In this document: positions 53,063 through 63,159 of the stretch, piece by piece
How positions within the stretch are numbered: the first letter of the stretch is position 1
How the letters are laid out: every line of letters starts with the position of its first letter
Origin: Synechococcus sp.
GTDB lineage: Bacteria; Cyanobacteriota; Cyanobacteriia; PCC-6307; Cyanobiaceae
Assembly: GCA_047285805.1 (NCBI GenBank)
Contig: JBJBCN010000003.1
Location: 576,001 to 640,000, forward strand
Direction: 5' to 3'
Length of the DNA: 64,000 nucleotides
Program-made: the position numbers and the translations under genes
The notes under the pieces: generated by a model
What the model was told of the DNA's origin: nothing
The model's database searches: none
What the model saw: only the letters and a program-made list of their open reading frames with translations

Positions 53063-54211
53063 TCAGCCGCTGGGAGCGCTGTCTCCATCCATGTTCAGCA
53101 AGTAGTCGTGCACCCGGCAGCGGCGCTGGGGTTGCCGCAGTTTGAGCAGGGCCCGGGTTTCGATCTGCCGGACCCGTTCGCGGGAGAGGTGCAGGTCTTC
53201 ACCGATCTGGGAGAGGGTTTGCGGGGTGTCGTTTTCCAGGCCGAAGCGCAGGCGGATGACCTCGGCTTCGCGGCCGCTGAGTTCCTCAAGGAGGGCTTCG
53301 AGGTCGTCGTGCAGTTGGGCCTTCGTCAGGGCCTGCTCGGGGGTGGCGTGGCCGTCCTCGAGGAGTTCCCCCAGCTCGGTGTCCATGTCGCGGCCTACCC
53401 GGGTGTCCAGGGAGACCGAGCGTGGCACACGCATCAGGGTCATGCGGATCACTTCTTCGCTCAGGCCCAGTTCCTTGGAGAGGTCGGCGACGGAGGCCAG
53501 GCGGCCGTGTTCGCTAGCGATTTGCCTTTGGGCTTTTTTGATGCGGTTGAGCTTCTCGGTGACGTGGACCGGCAGGCGGATCGTGCGGCTTTGCGTCGCG
53601 ATGGCCCGGGTGATCCCCTGGCGAATCCACCAGTAGGCGTAGGTGCTGAAGCGGAAGCCCCGGGTCGGGTCGTATTTCTCCACCGCCCGCTCGAGGCCGA
53701 GGGTGCCCTCTTGCACGAGGTCCAGCAGCTCCATGCCCCGTTGCTGGTACTTTTTGGCGACGGCCACCACTAGGCGCAGGTTGGCCTGAATCATCCGGTC
53801 CCTGGCCCGCCGCCCTTGGTGCAGGGCTTGCTTGAGCTCGCCACTGCTTAACGCCGATAGGCGTGCCCAGGCCTCGTGGCCGGCCTTGAGGGCTTCTTTC
53901 AGCTCAGCGCCGCTGCGTTGTTGGTGCTCGGACCACAGTTGCAGGCTGGGCCAGTGCCCTAGATGGGAGGCCAGCTGCTGGCGGCTGTGCTCTAGGTCCA
54001 CCAGGGCCTGAAGCTCTTTGGACTGCTTGGCGAGGGGCCGGCGCTCCTGCAGCAGTTGCTCTCGGCGCTGGACCAGGCGAGCCAGGGTGAGCTCCTCCTC
54101 GTGGCTGAGCAGATCAACGCGGCCGATGTCCTGCAGGTAGAGGCGCACCAGATCACTGCTGCCGCGCTTACCGCCGGAGTTCGCTTTTGGACGGGGAGGA
54201 CCTTTGCTCAT
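53063..54211 (-). CDS. Group 2 RpoD-family sigma factor
   Basis: DLVRLYLQDIGR, ANLRLVVAVAKKY, FSTYAYWWIRQ, SRERVRQIE. Confidence 0.95.
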   Translation of the reverse strand: MSKGPPRPKANSGGKRGSSDLVRLYLQDIGRVDLLSHEEELTLARLVQRREQLLQERRPLAKQSKELQALVDLEHSRQQLASHLGHWPSLQLWSEHQQRSGAELKEALKAGHEAWARLSALSSGELKQALHQGRRARDRMIQANLRLVVAVAKKYQQRGMELLDLVQEGTLGLERAVEKYDPTRGFRFSTYAYWWIRQGITRAIATQSRTIRLPVHVTEKLNRIKKAQRQIASEHGRLASVADLSKELGLSEEVIRMTLMRVPRSVSLDTRVGRDMDTELGELLEDGHATPEQALTKAQLHDDLEALLEELSGREAEVIRLRFGLENDTPQTLSQIGEDLHLSRERVRQIETRALLKLRQPQRRCRVHDYLLNMDGDSAPSG

Positions 54212-54304
54212 AGGCCAATGGCGGATGCCAACCACCAGCTTCGAGTCTTAACTGAGACAGTGCGCGAAAGCCTTGGTTTGTGTTCGGGTTCTGCGCCGCG
54301 CAGA

Positions 54305-56128
54305 TCAGTCCTCTTCGTCCACCCAGGTGCTGGCCACATGCAGCTCCTGTAGCTGCTTCTCGGCAACGCCCCCAGGCGCGTTGGTCATCAGGCAGCGTGC
54401 CTGTTGGGTCTTGGGGAAGGCGATGGTGTCGCGGATGGACTCTTCGCCCGCCAGCAGCATCACCATCCGGTCCAGGCCGAAGGCCAAGCCGCCATGCGGC
54501 GGGGCGCCCATGTCGAGGGCTTCCATCAGGAAGCCGAACTGGGCATTGGCTTCTTCCAGGGGCAGGCCCACGGTTTCCAGCACCTGGCGCTGCAGCGCCG
54601 AGTCATGGATGCGTAGGGAGCCGCCGCCGAGCTCTAGTCCGTTGAGCACCAGGTCGTAGGCCTGGGCGCGGGCCCCGGGCAGGGTCTGGGCCCACTGGCT
54701 GGCATCGCTGCCCAGGTCGTCCGTATTTGGGGCGCAGAAGGGGTGGTGCAGTGCCTCGTAGCGGTTCTCGTCGGCGTTGAACTCGAACATCGGGAAATCC
54801 ACCACCCACAGGAATTTCCAGCTGTCGTTCTCGTTGTCGGTCTTGACCATGCCCAGTTCCCGGGCCAGGTACTGGCGCACGCGGTCCAGGGCTTTGTTCA
54901 CTGTGGCGGTGTCGCCCGCACCAAACAGGATCAAGGTGCCGGGCTCGGCGCCGGTGCGCTGGAGCAGTTCGGCCTTCTTCTCGTCGCTGAGGTTGTCCTT
55001 GATGGCGCCGATCGTGTCGATCTCGCCGCCTTCGCGGACGCGGATGAAGGCCAGCCCACCTGCCCCTGCTTTTTGCGCTTCGCTGAAGACGTCCCCGCCG
55101 GGCTTGATGCGCACGTTGGAGACGGCGTCATTGCCTCCAGGGACGGCGATGCACTTGACCGAGCCGCCTGAGGCCACGGCGCCGCTGAAGACCTTGAAGC
55201 CCATGTCGGCCACGAGGTCGCTCACGTTCACCAGCTCCATGCCGTAGCGGGTGTCGGGGCGATCGGTGCCGTAGCGCTCCATGGCGTCGTGCCAGGTCAG
55301 CCGCGGGAAGGGGCGGGGCAGATCAATGCCTTTGACGCTCTTCCAGATCGCAGCGATCAAGGATTCATTGAGCTCCAGGATCTGCTCTTGATCCATGAAG
55401 CTCATCTCCATGTCCAGCTGGGTGAATTCCGGCTGGCGATCGGCCCGCAGGTCCTCATCGCGGAAGCAGCGCGCCACTTGGTAATAGCGCTCGATGCCGC
55501 CCACCATCAGCAATTGCTTGAACAGCTGAGGGGATTGGGGCAGGGCAAACCACTCGCCGCCGCAGACCCGGCTGGGGAGGATGTAGTCGCGTGCCCCCTC
55601 GGGGGTGGAGCGGGTCAGGATCGGGGTCTCCACCTCAATGAAGCCCTGCTCTTCGAGGAAGCGGCGCGCCGCCTGGATGGTCTGGGCTCGCAACCTCAGG
55701 TTGCTGTTCATGCGCTCGCGGCGCAGGTCCAGATAGCGGTGGCGCAACCGAAGCTCTTCGCGGCTGTTCTCCTCGTCGTGCACCGACACCGCGAAGGGCA
55801 GGTTGCCCTTGACGCTGTTCAGGACGGTGATGGCGCTTGCCAGTATCTCGATTTGGCCGGTGGGGAGCTTGTCATTGATGGCATCGGCGGGGCGCTCGCG
55901 CACCTTCCCTTCCACCTGGATGACGGTCTCGTTGCGCAGGTGTTCCGCCACGGCGAACATCTCGGCGCCGTTGTCGGGGTCGACGGTGATCTGAACGGTG
56001 CCGCTGCGGTCGCGCAGGTCGATGAAGATCACACCGCCGTGGTCACGGCTGCGGTCCACCCAGCCGCACAGCTGCACAGCCTGAGCGGTGGCGCTCTGAC
56101 GCAGGTCGCCGCATCCGTGGCTGCGCAT
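54305..56128 (-). CDS. aspS: Aspartate--tRNA ligase
   Basis: [49 protein letters not shown]. Confidence 0.98.
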   Translation of the reverse strand: MRSHGCGDLRQSATAQAVQLCGWVDRSRDHGGVIFIDLRDRSGTVQITVDPDNGAEMFAVAEHLRNETVIQVEGKVRERPADAINDKLPTGQIEILASAITVLNSVKGNLPFAVSVHDEENSREELRLRHRYLDLRRERMNSNLRLRAQTIQAARRFLEEQGFIEVETPILTRSTPEGARDYILPSRVCGGEWFALPQSPQLFKQLLMVGGIERYYQVARCFRDEDLRADRQPEFTQLDMEMSFMDQEQILELNESLIAAIWKSVKGIDLPRPFPRLTWHDAMERYGTDRPDTRYGMELVNVSDLVADMGFKVFSGAVASGGSVKCIAVPGGNDAVSNVRIKPGGDVFSEAQKAGAGGLAFIRVREGGEIDTIGAIKDNLSDEKKAELLQRTGAEPGTLILFGAGDTATVNKALDRVRQYLARELGMVKTDNENDSWKFLWVVDFPMFEFNADENRYEALHHPFCAPNTDDLGSDASQWAQTLPGARAQAYDLVLNGLELGGGSLRIHDSALQRQVLETVGLPLEEANAQFGFLMEALDMGAPPHGGLAFGLDRMVMLLAGEESIRDTIAFPKTQQARCLMTNAPGGVAEKQLQELHVASTWVDEED

Positions 56129-56173
56129 GTGGAAACAAGTGGGTGATCGGCGATTGTCCCACTTGGGGTGGGC

Positions 56174-57286
56174 TTAGCGCCGGTAGAAGGGGCGCCTCAC
56201 CACCTCTGCGGCTTCGGCCTTGCCCCGAATCTCGACCGCTAGGGGGGTCCCGAGCTTGGCGGCGTCGGTTGTCACGCTTGCCAGGGCAATCCCGGCTTGC
56301 AGGCTGGGGGACCAGGTGCCGCTGGTGACGGTCCCAACCACCTCTCCGTCCTTTAGGACCGGGTAGCCATGGCGGGGGATGGCTCGGCCCTGGAGCTTCA
56401 GTCCGACTAGGCGTCGCTTGAGTCCGTCTGCGGTTTGTTGCTCGAGGACTGGGCGGCCGATGAAGTCCTTGGGCATCTCCAGATGTACCAACCAGCCCAG
56501 GCTTGCCTCCAAGGGGGAGGTGCTGGCATCCATGTCACTGCCATAGAGATGCATTCCGGCTTCCAGGCGCAGGGTGTCGCGGGCGCCGAGACCACAGGGT
56601 TTCACGCCCCGCTCGAGGCAGGTCCGCCAGAAGCGTTGCCCGGCATCCGCGGAGAGCAGGAGCTCAAAGCCGTCCTCTCCGGTGTAACCAGTGCGGCCCA
56701 CAAAAGCCTCGCCGATGCCAGGCAGCGTCAGCTCGCGGTGGCCAAAGCGCGGGAGTCCGGCGAGGGAGCAGCCGGCTAGTGCCTCCAGGTGTTGCGTGGC
56801 GTCCGGTCCCTGGAGGGCCAGGAGCGTGCCGGATTCCTTCAGGTCGATCAGTTCCATGCCTGCCGGCTCCAGTTGGCTGCGCATCCAGGCCGTATCGCTC
56901 TCGGCGCAGGCGGCATTGATCACCAGCACGAGCTCATGGACCCGCTCGCTCTCTAGCCAGCCCCGGTCGTAAATGATCAGGTCGTCCCGGATGCCCCCCT
57001 CGTCATTGAGCAGGACGGAATAGCAGGCTTCGCCGGGACCGATCCGAAAGAGATCGCTGGGCACGAGGCCCTGCATGGCGTCCTTGACGTTCGCCCCCCG
57101 CAGCCGCAGGACACCCATATGGGAGATGTCAAAGAGGCCGCAGTGGCTGCGCACGGCCTGGTGCTCGTCGATTAAGCCGCTGAATTGCACGGCCATTTCC
57201 CAGCCGGCGAAGGGCACCATCCGCCCGCCCGCCTCCCGCGCCGCATTGAAGAGGGGCGTGCGCTGGAGGGAAGGCGAAGCGGCCAT
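56174..57286 (-). CDS. gcvT: Glycine cleavage system aminomethyltransferase T
   Basis: LFDISHMG, RTGYTGEDGFE, GLGARDTLRLEAG. Confidence 0.97.
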   Translation of the reverse strand: MAASPSLQRTPLFNAAREAGGRMVPFAGWEMAVQFSGLIDEHQAVRSHCGLFDISHMGVLRLRGANVKDAMQGLVPSDLFRIGPGEACYSVLLNDEGGIRDDLIIYDRGWLESERVHELVLVINAACAESDTAWMRSQLEPAGMELIDLKESGTLLALQGPDATQHLEALAGCSLAGLPRFGHRELTLPGIGEAFVGRTGYTGEDGFELLLSADAGQRFWRTCLERGVKPCGLGARDTLRLEAGMHLYGSDMDASTSPLEASLGWLVHLEMPKDFIGRPVLEQQTADGLKRRLVGLKLQGRAIPRHGYPVLKDGEVVGTVTSGTWSPSLQAGIALASVTTDAAKLGTPLAVEIRGKAEAAEVVRRPFYRR

Positions 57287-57391
57287 GGCGGTCCATTGCT
57301 CATGCGGATCCTATGGATCTCTTTCAACAAGAGGAAGAGATCCCGGAGCTTTTCGCTGTTCTGTGGCCGGCTCAGGACGGCGTGATTACTT

Positions 57392-57649
57392 TTGGCAGCC
57401 CAAGCCCCTAGAGCGATAGGCCCGCGTCCGTGTTGCAGAAGTTGCCGCCACTGCGCCTCCCCGAAAGGGGTTGAGTTGGGGTGGTGCCGTCTGCGCAAGC
57501 TGCCGATTCATCCGGAGCTGGCTGGGGAGTTGTGGTGCCACCACTGGACGGCTCGGCCGCCACGTCTTCCCGTGGTGGGTCAGGACGACGGTCTGCAACC
57601 GCCCACGCGCGATCGTCAGTTGGCACTGACGGACGTTCTCGAAAACTGA
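57392..57649 (+). CDS. Small Cys-rich hypothetical protein
   Basis: CCRSCRHC...GWCRLR...WCHHW; TTG start. Confidence 0.7.
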   Translation: MAAQAPRAIGPRPCCRSCRHCASPKGVELGWCRLRKLPIHPELAGELWCHHWTARPPRLPVVGQDDGLQPPTRDRQLALTDVLEN

Positions 57650-57765
57650 AGCAAAACCGAAGATCCCCTTTTCTTTTGCTTTTGTTGTTTGGATGTCCTG
57701 GTTGGTCTGCTTGAAAGTGTCAAGCTGACGCGAACAGGTTTTGGCGTTGTGGAGGTTTGAGGTCC

Positions 57766-58161
57766 ATGGTCACTTCCACCGTCGGTACTCCGATTGAGCT
57801 GATGTCCGCTCAGGTGGACTGCGAGACCCTCTCGTGCCCCACGGGGGCCGCGATCTTCAGCAGCGGCCAGAGCGCCAACGCCATCTACGGCGTGCGACGG
57901 GGCATCGTCGAAGTGATCGATGGCAGCGGTGCCAAGCTCTGCTGCCGCCCCGGCGAGCTCTTCAGCTACGAGGACATCGTCTGGAAGGACGGGGTCTATC
58001 GCAATGACGCCGTTGCTCGGACCCCTGTTGAGTTCGTGAAACTTGACCGCCTGCGCTTCCTGAACCTGCTGCACAACCACCCCACCCTGGCGGTGCAGTT
58101 GATTGCCCAGCAGCACGAGCGTTTAAGGGAGCAGCGCGCAAGCGGCACCTGCGCTTACTGA
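57766..58161 (+). CDS. Stand-alone cyclic-nucleotide-binding (Crp-type effector) domain protein
   Basis: GAAIFSSG..IYGVRRGIVEV, PGELF, DAVART; no C-terminal HTH. Confidence 0.8.
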   Translation: MVTSTVGTPIELMSAQVDCETLSCPTGAAIFSSGQSANAIYGVRRGIVEVIDGSGAKLCCRPGELFSYEDIVWKDGVYRNDAVARTPVEFVKLDRLRFLNLLHNHPTLAVQLIAQQHERLREQRASGTCAY

Positions 58162-58163
58162 AT

Positions 58164-59018
58164 TCAGCGATCCAGCAGGAACAGCAGGCTGCGAACCACC
58201 TTGGCGGCCAGAACGCTGCTTACCCCAGTCGGATCCAGCATAGGCGCCAGCTCCACCACGTCCGCCGCCACCAGGTTGAGGTGACTCAGTTCATCGACCA
58301 GGGCCGCAAAGTCGCTCCAGAGGAAGCCACCCGGTTCAGGCGTGCCCGTGCCGGCCATCACGGCCGGGTCAAACCAGTCCAGATCCACCGTGAGATAGAG
58401 CGGCTTGCCGCGCAGGGTCTTCAGCGCTTCGGCCATTCGCTCGATCGCTACCAGTCGACCGGTCTGCCGCAGTTCTGAAAACTCCTCGCGGGTGCCGCTG
58501 CGGATGGCGATCTGCAGAAGCTGCTGGCTGGGGAGGACCTCCAGGCAGCGGCGCATGGCGCAGGCATGGCTGTGGTTGGCCCCCAGCCATTCGTGGCGCA
58601 GGTCCGCGTGGGCATCGAGTTGCACGAGCACCAGGTCAGGGTGCTGTTCGGCCACGGCGGCGACCGCGCCAGAGCTGATCGAGTGTTCTCCCCCCAGCAT
58701 CATCGGTTTCAGACCCAGCCCCAGGACCGTTTTGGTGGCCTCCTTCACGGCGGCGACAACCGGCTCGGGGGCGCCAAAGGGGATGTCCACGGCGCCGAGG
58801 TCGGCGATTGCTAACTCCTCGAGATCCCGGTCGAGCTGGGGGCAGTAGCTCTCCAGGCCGGGGCTGACCTCGCGGATGGCGGCTGGCCCAAAGCGGGTCC
58901 CCGGCCTGAAGGAGGTGGTGCCGTCGTAGGGCACCCCAAACAGGCCGACCCGGCAGCCGGTGGGATCCCGCTGGCTGCCCATGTAAATGGCGCCGTCGCT
59001 GTCAAAGAGGTCGTTCAT
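58164..59018 (-). CDS. speB: Agmatinase
   Basis: [34 protein letters not shown]. Confidence 0.93.
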   Translation of the reverse strand: MNDLFDSDGAIYMGSQRDPTGCRVGLFGVPYDGTTSFRPGTRFGPAAIREVSPGLESYCPQLDRDLEELAIADLGAVDIPFGAPEPVVAAVKEATKTVLGLGLKPMMLGGEHSISSGAVAAVAEQHPDLVLVQLDAHADLRHEWLGANHSHACAMRRCLEVLPSQQLLQIAIRSGTREEFSELRQTGRLVAIERMAEALKTLRGKPLYLTVDLDWFDPAVMAGTGTPEPGGFLWSDFAALVDELSHLNLVAADVVELAPMLDPTGVSSVLAAKVVRSLLFLLDR

Positions 59019-59884
59019 GCGTTGATCGCGCGTTCGATGTCGGCGGGGATGGCGTCAAAGGCGCCGCGCTGCCAGCGGGGACTCCAGATCTCACAGCCAT
59101 CGACGACGGCCGCGGCACGGGAGGGATCCGGCTCCAGATACCGACGGCCGTCGAGAGCGGCGAAGGTCCAACTCCACCAACCACTCGGGTACATCGGCAC
59201 CCAGCCGTACATCGGATCGGCATGGCCAAAAACCTCGCGGATCACCTTCACGGTGTCGATGTGCACCTGGCGGAAGGCCTCCGGCGATTCGCTTTGGGTT
59301 GCGAAGACGCCGCCGGGCTTGAGGATGCGGCTGCACTGCTCAAAGAAGTCGCGGTTGAACAGGCCTTCGGCGGGTCCCGCCGGATCGGAGCCATCGACGA
59401 TGACGACGTCGTAGCTGGCGTCCGCGGCGTTGGCGGTCCAAGCTATTCCGTCGCCAACGGTCATGTGGAAGCGGGGATCACTCCAGCAGCCTCCGCCGAT
59501 GGAGGGGAGGTGCTCCTGGCTCCACTCCACCACCAGCCCGTCGATTTCCACCATGTCCAGGTGCTGAACCCAGGGATAGCGCAGGCACTCACGGGCGGTG
59601 CCGCCATCGCCACCGCCAATCACCAGCACCCGCTCCACCGCGGCGGCGCTGCAGAGGGCGGGGTGCACGATCGACTCGTGGTAGTGCCGCTCCTGGCGCT
59701 CGGCGGTCATCCAGCAGCCATCTAGCAGCAGACCTTTGCCGTAGCGCTCACTCTCGATGATCGTGACCCGCTGGAACGGGGACTGCTCCTCGGCAATCAC
59801 CCGCCCGGCGAGGCCATAGCGGACACCATCAAAGACTTCGTCGACCCAACCGGGTGTTGGAGCGGGAGTGGCACTGTCGGCCAT
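59015..59884 (-). CDS. speE: Spermidine synthase
   Basis: [21 protein letters not shown]. Confidence 0.95.
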   Translation of the reverse strand: MADSATPAPTPGWVDEVFDGVRYGLAGRVIAEEQSPFQRVTIIESERYGKGLLLDGCWMTAERQERHYHESIVHPALCSAAAVERVLVIGGGDGGTARECLRYPWVQHLDMVEIDGLVVEWSQEHLPSIGGGCWSDPRFHMTVGDGIAWTANAADASYDVVIVDGSDPAGPAEGLFNRDFFEQCSRILKPGGVFATQSESPEAFRQVHIDTVKVIREVFGHADPMYGWVPMYPSGWWSWTFAALDGRRYLEPDPSRAAAVVDGCEIWSPRWQRGAFDAIPADIERAINA

Positions 59885-59975
59885 CGCGAAGGCGCGGGGA
59901 GATCTCTCCAGATTTGCGCACCGCCGCCCCCCGCTTGAACGACGCCTCGCCCTCTAGGGCCCTGCTGATTCCCGT

Positions 59976-60785
59976 TCAGACCGGACCCTGCTGCTCCCTG
60001 CGGATCTGAGCCTTGGCCTGCTGCCAAAGGGTCTCCAGTTCGCGAATGCTGCGTCCTTCAAGGTCGCCGCCCAGGGCGGCCTCGACCCGGGAGAAGCGAT
60101 CGAGGAAGCGGTGGTTGGTTCCGGCTAGGCCGGACTCCGGGTCGAGGCCGCACCAGCGGGCCACGTTCACCAGGGTGAAGAGAACATCGCCGAGTTCCTC
60201 TTGGGCATGGGCCTTGTCCCCTGAGGCCACGGCTTCTTTGAGTTCATCGAGCTCCTCGTGGACCTTCTCCCAGACCCCCTCAATGGCGTCCCATTCGAAG
60301 CCGGCCTTGGCGGCTTTCTTGGAGATCGTCATCGCCCCGGCGAGGGCGGGTTGACCCCGTACCTTGCCCGCCAGGCGGTCGCTGAGGGGGCTGGCTGATG
60401 GCGGGGCTTCTGCTTTTTCGCTGGCCTTGATCGCCTCCCAGGTTTCCTTGACCGCTGCGCTGTCCTGGGCGACGGCATCGCCAAAGATGTGGGGGTGGCG
60501 CCGGATCAATTTCTCGCTGATCCCCTGGGCGATGGCCTCGAGGTCGAAGCGCTGCTCCTCCTGGGCGATCTGGGCATGGAGCACCACCTGCAACAGGAGG
60601 TCGCCGAGCTCTTCTTTGAGGTGAGCGTCATCCCCGTAGCGAATGGCGTCGGCCACCTCGTGGGCCTCCTCGAGCACGTAGGGGACGAGGGACTGGTGGG
60701 TTTGCTCCAGGTCCCAGGGGCAGCCCCCATCGGGATCCCGCAGCTTGGCCACCACCGCGATCAGCTCTTGAAGGGCATCGCGCAT
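59976..60785 (-). CDS. mazG: Nucleoside triphosphate pyrophosphohydrolase MazG
   Basis: GCPWDLEQT, EELGDLL, KLIRRHPH, second EELGD. Confidence 0.95.
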   Translation of the reverse strand: MRDALQELIAVVAKLRDPDGGCPWDLEQTHQSLVPYVLEEAHEVADAIRYGDDAHLKEELGDLLLQVVLHAQIAQEEQRFDLEAIAQGISEKLIRRHPHIFGDAVAQDSAAVKETWEAIKASEKAEAPPSASPLSDRLAGKVRGQPALAGAMTISKKAAKAGFEWDAIEGVWEKVHEELDELKEAVASGDKAHAQEELGDVLFTLVNVARWCGLDPESGLAGTNHRFLDRFSRVEAALGGDLEGRSIRELETLWQQAKAQIRREQQGPV

Positions 60786-60814
60786 AGGAAGGGGCCAGCT
60801 GCCCCCTCACGATC

Positions 60815-61500
60815 TCATTGACCGCGGGGCCTGCGGCTGAACCAGAGCCGGTTGAACAGCGCCTGAAGTAGTGGCGTGGGGGTCTCCATCTTGGCCAGCC
60901 GCAACTGCGTTGCCAGGCGATCGGGATCTAGCGAGAAGACCCCGGCATTGCGGGAGTCCATGACGCGCTCGATGGCTTCGGACTCCAGGCCTTGTGCTTG
61001 GAACCGGGCGCGGGCGATCGCCTGCCAGAGCTTCAGGTCCGCGTCCTTCTCTTCACTGAAGCTGCTGATTACCAGCACGCCGCCTGGGCCGACGTGGGCA
61101 CAAAGCTTCTGGAGGACTAGTTCTTGCTCAGCCGGTGGCAGGAGGTGCAGGACGTTCTGGCAGATCACCGCGTCAAAACGGCCCGCCAGCTCTTTGAGCG
61201 CGTTGGGCCCCCAGGCGATTTGGTGGCCCGCCTGGGTTTCTGCAATCACGGCGTTGCAAAATCCGCGCATCTGCTCGCTCGGTTCCACCAGCTCAGGGTT
61301 GCCCCAGGCATGGCCTTCAGCAGGCTTGGCAGTTCTTCCCCTGCCCCAGGGCCCACCACGAGAGCCGATGAGGCCGTTGGTACTAGGGCACTGAGGGCGG
61401 CCGCGGCGAGCTCAAGGTGGGCGTCATAGGCGGGAATAATCCGGCGAATGCTCTGGTCGTAGTGGCGGCCGTAGTCGCCATCGAAATCAAGGCGTGCCAT
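60815..61500 (-). pseudogene. Class I SAM-dependent methyltransferase split by a frameshift
   Basis: MARLDFDGDYG...LVVGPGAGEE in one frame; VEPSEQM...FDAVICQNVLHLL in the next; a single 1-nt deletion near 61292 joins them. Confidence 0.85.
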
Positions 61501-61523
61501 CACCCGGAGCCGTTGCCTTTGCT

Positions 61524-61997
61524 CTAGCGACGTCTCCCCATTCGTGGCATCGGGTCCCCGTCCTGCAAGAGGTGCAGCCAGGCGCTGGCTTCGATCCCGA
61601 TCAGGCCAACCAGTAGCAATCGTTCTGGCCGGCTCCACTGCTGCTGGAGCCATCTCAGCAGGTCCGTGCTGGCATGGGGGTGGGCAAGGCCCGTCAGCAG
61701 TAGGGCGAGGCCGGTGAGGTAGCCCACGCGCACCAGGGTGCCCAGCACCGGGGAGTGGGACAGAACCGAGCGATGGCGCAGGGCCTTCCGGTAGGGCCAC
61801 CACAACCAGCGCAGCGGCCCCCAGCGCTGGTACGGCCGGGAGTTGGTGTCGAGATCGGGGGAGAGCCAGAGGCCTCCGATCAGGAAGGCCAGGGCGCTCA
61901 CGAGTGTTCCGTTGGGGCCCAACCAGGGCCACCAGAGCAGCCCATAGGGCAGGGCCAGCCAGCAGGTGGCGCGGTCGTGTTGCTGTCCGCTTGCCAT
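61524..61997 (-). CDS. DUF2227-type putative metal-binding membrane protein
   Basis: MASGQQHD, LSPDLD, RWGPLRWLWWPY, HRSVLSH, HLLQD. Confidence 0.85.
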   Translation of the reverse strand: MASGQQHDRATCWLALPYGLLWWPWLGPNGTLVSALAFLIGGLWLSPDLDTNSRPYQRWGPLRWLWWPYRKALRHRSVLSHSPVLGTLVRVGYLTGLALLLTGLAHPHASTDLLRWLQQQWSRPERLLLVGLIGIEASAWLHLLQDGDPMPRMGRRR

Positions 61998-62035
61998 TGC
62001 TGGGGGTGAGTGCTGCCCTGCAGAATGCCTTAGCC

Positions 62036-62107
<72 letters not shown>

Positions 62108-62389
62108 TAAGGCCAAACTCCTGTTTATTCATGGGTTTTCTTTTGTTCGCTTACTCCCCGAAAGAGTTGGCAATGCGATCACCTAGCGCAGGATCCTCTT
62201 CCGCCGACCTAGTAGCTCCCCGCTACTGAGCGGTGGGTCGGGGAGCTGTTGCCTGTTTTCACAGACGTTGCCATAACCCCAGAGGACGAGACGTGAACTC
62301 CTCGATCCGTGTGGCGGCTGTGGGCACCCAGCCGCCTACCAACACCCTCCCGGCGCTTCTCTATCTGAAGCCGGAAGGGCTGTTGGGCG

Positions 62390-62551
62390 TCACCCCTCTT
62401 CCTCTTCCCAGCGCAAACGTCGGTGAGCAGTGCACAGCTCACACCTGCACGGCAATGAAATGTCGCCGCCGATCCAACAGGTATAAGGGGTGGTCGGCCA
62501 CAAGAGGGCTAAGTCCTCGTCGCTTGGACGGGCTATGAAGGTTGTTTCCAC
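62390..62551 (-). CDS. 53-aa mini-protein with PCxCxxC motif
   Basis: My translation from GTG: METTFIARPSDEDLALLWPTTPYTCWIGGDISLPCRCELCTAHRRLRWEEEEG*. Confidence 0.55.
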   Translation of the reverse strand: METTFIARPSDEDLALLWPTTPYTCWIGGDISLPCRCELCTAHRRLRWEEEEG

Positions 62552-62877
62552 TCACGAAGCCTGCGCATAGATCAGTGATGGCTCCGGTTGCAGTTGAGCT
62601 GGCGTCTTAGGCGATACATCTCTGATGAAAGTGCCACCTAGAGCCAGGGGCCTAAGACCTCCTGGACTGGACTCAGAGACGAGCAGCGCTCAGTTTCATG
62701 CCAACCGCGACCACCTAGCTGGCCTGGAAGACGGGTCAGCAGGCGTGATTGATGTGTAAGCGCCGCTACCCGGAGATGTTCCAAGGAACTGGCGATGATC
62801 GAGAGCGCTGGGGATTGATGTGATCCCACTGACATAAACGAAATCGGCAACCGTTCGTCATTCCTTTACTGGAGAGT

Positions 62878-63054
62878 GTGCAACCCCGCCTTCGGCTTCT
62901 AGCTTTGCCTCAGTTCCACAAAGACTTGATTGAACTGACTGGCTACACGCTGGACCGCTGGGATCTACATGGCGTCCCCTGTAGCTGTCAGCAGTGCACG
63001 GACGACTACGAAGCACTGCGGGTGATGCACTTGATCAGGACAAGCGTTTTCTGA
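62878..63054 (+). CDS. 58-aa mini-protein with PCxCxxC motif
   Basis: GGAG just upstream of GTG; MQPRLRLLALPQFHKDLIELTGYTLDRWDLHGVPCSCQQCTDDYEALRVMHLIRTSVF*. Confidence 0.55.
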   Translation: MQPRLRLLALPQFHKDLIELTGYTLDRWDLHGVPCSCQQCTDDYEALRVMHLIRTSVF

Positions 63055-63159
63055 GCAAAGCCTCTTTGGGAGGCTGTGCCAGTTAATTGCGGTCGGTAAG
63101 AGATAAGTAGTCATTAACGCACTCCATGCCTATACCTTTTGGAGCAATAGCCGACTCGC

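Noticed and set aside
57313..57411. 32-aa ORF MDLFQQEEEIPELFAVLWPAQDGVITFGSPSP
   Set aside because: Very short, overlaps the Cys-rich ORF start and the gcvT promoter region, and has no independent support
62108..62400. Integrase or att duplication at tRNA-Val
   Set aside because: No recombinase ORF and no repeat of the tRNA 3' end within the window; either could lie beyond 64000
62604..62680. Hammerhead-ribozyme-like order of motifs: GTC (62604), CTGATGA (62622-62628), GAGAC (62676-62680)
   Set aside because: The core reads GAGA rather than the conserved GAAA, stem I does not close next to the cleavage triplet, and there is no proper stem II closing pair
62110..63060. One giant tRNA-adjacent ncRNA (GOLLD-like) spanning the region
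   Set aside because: Two plausible mini-ORFs occupy part of it, wobble-pair strand preference is inconsistent, and I recognise no GOLLD sequence motif; only sub-regions are kept as findings
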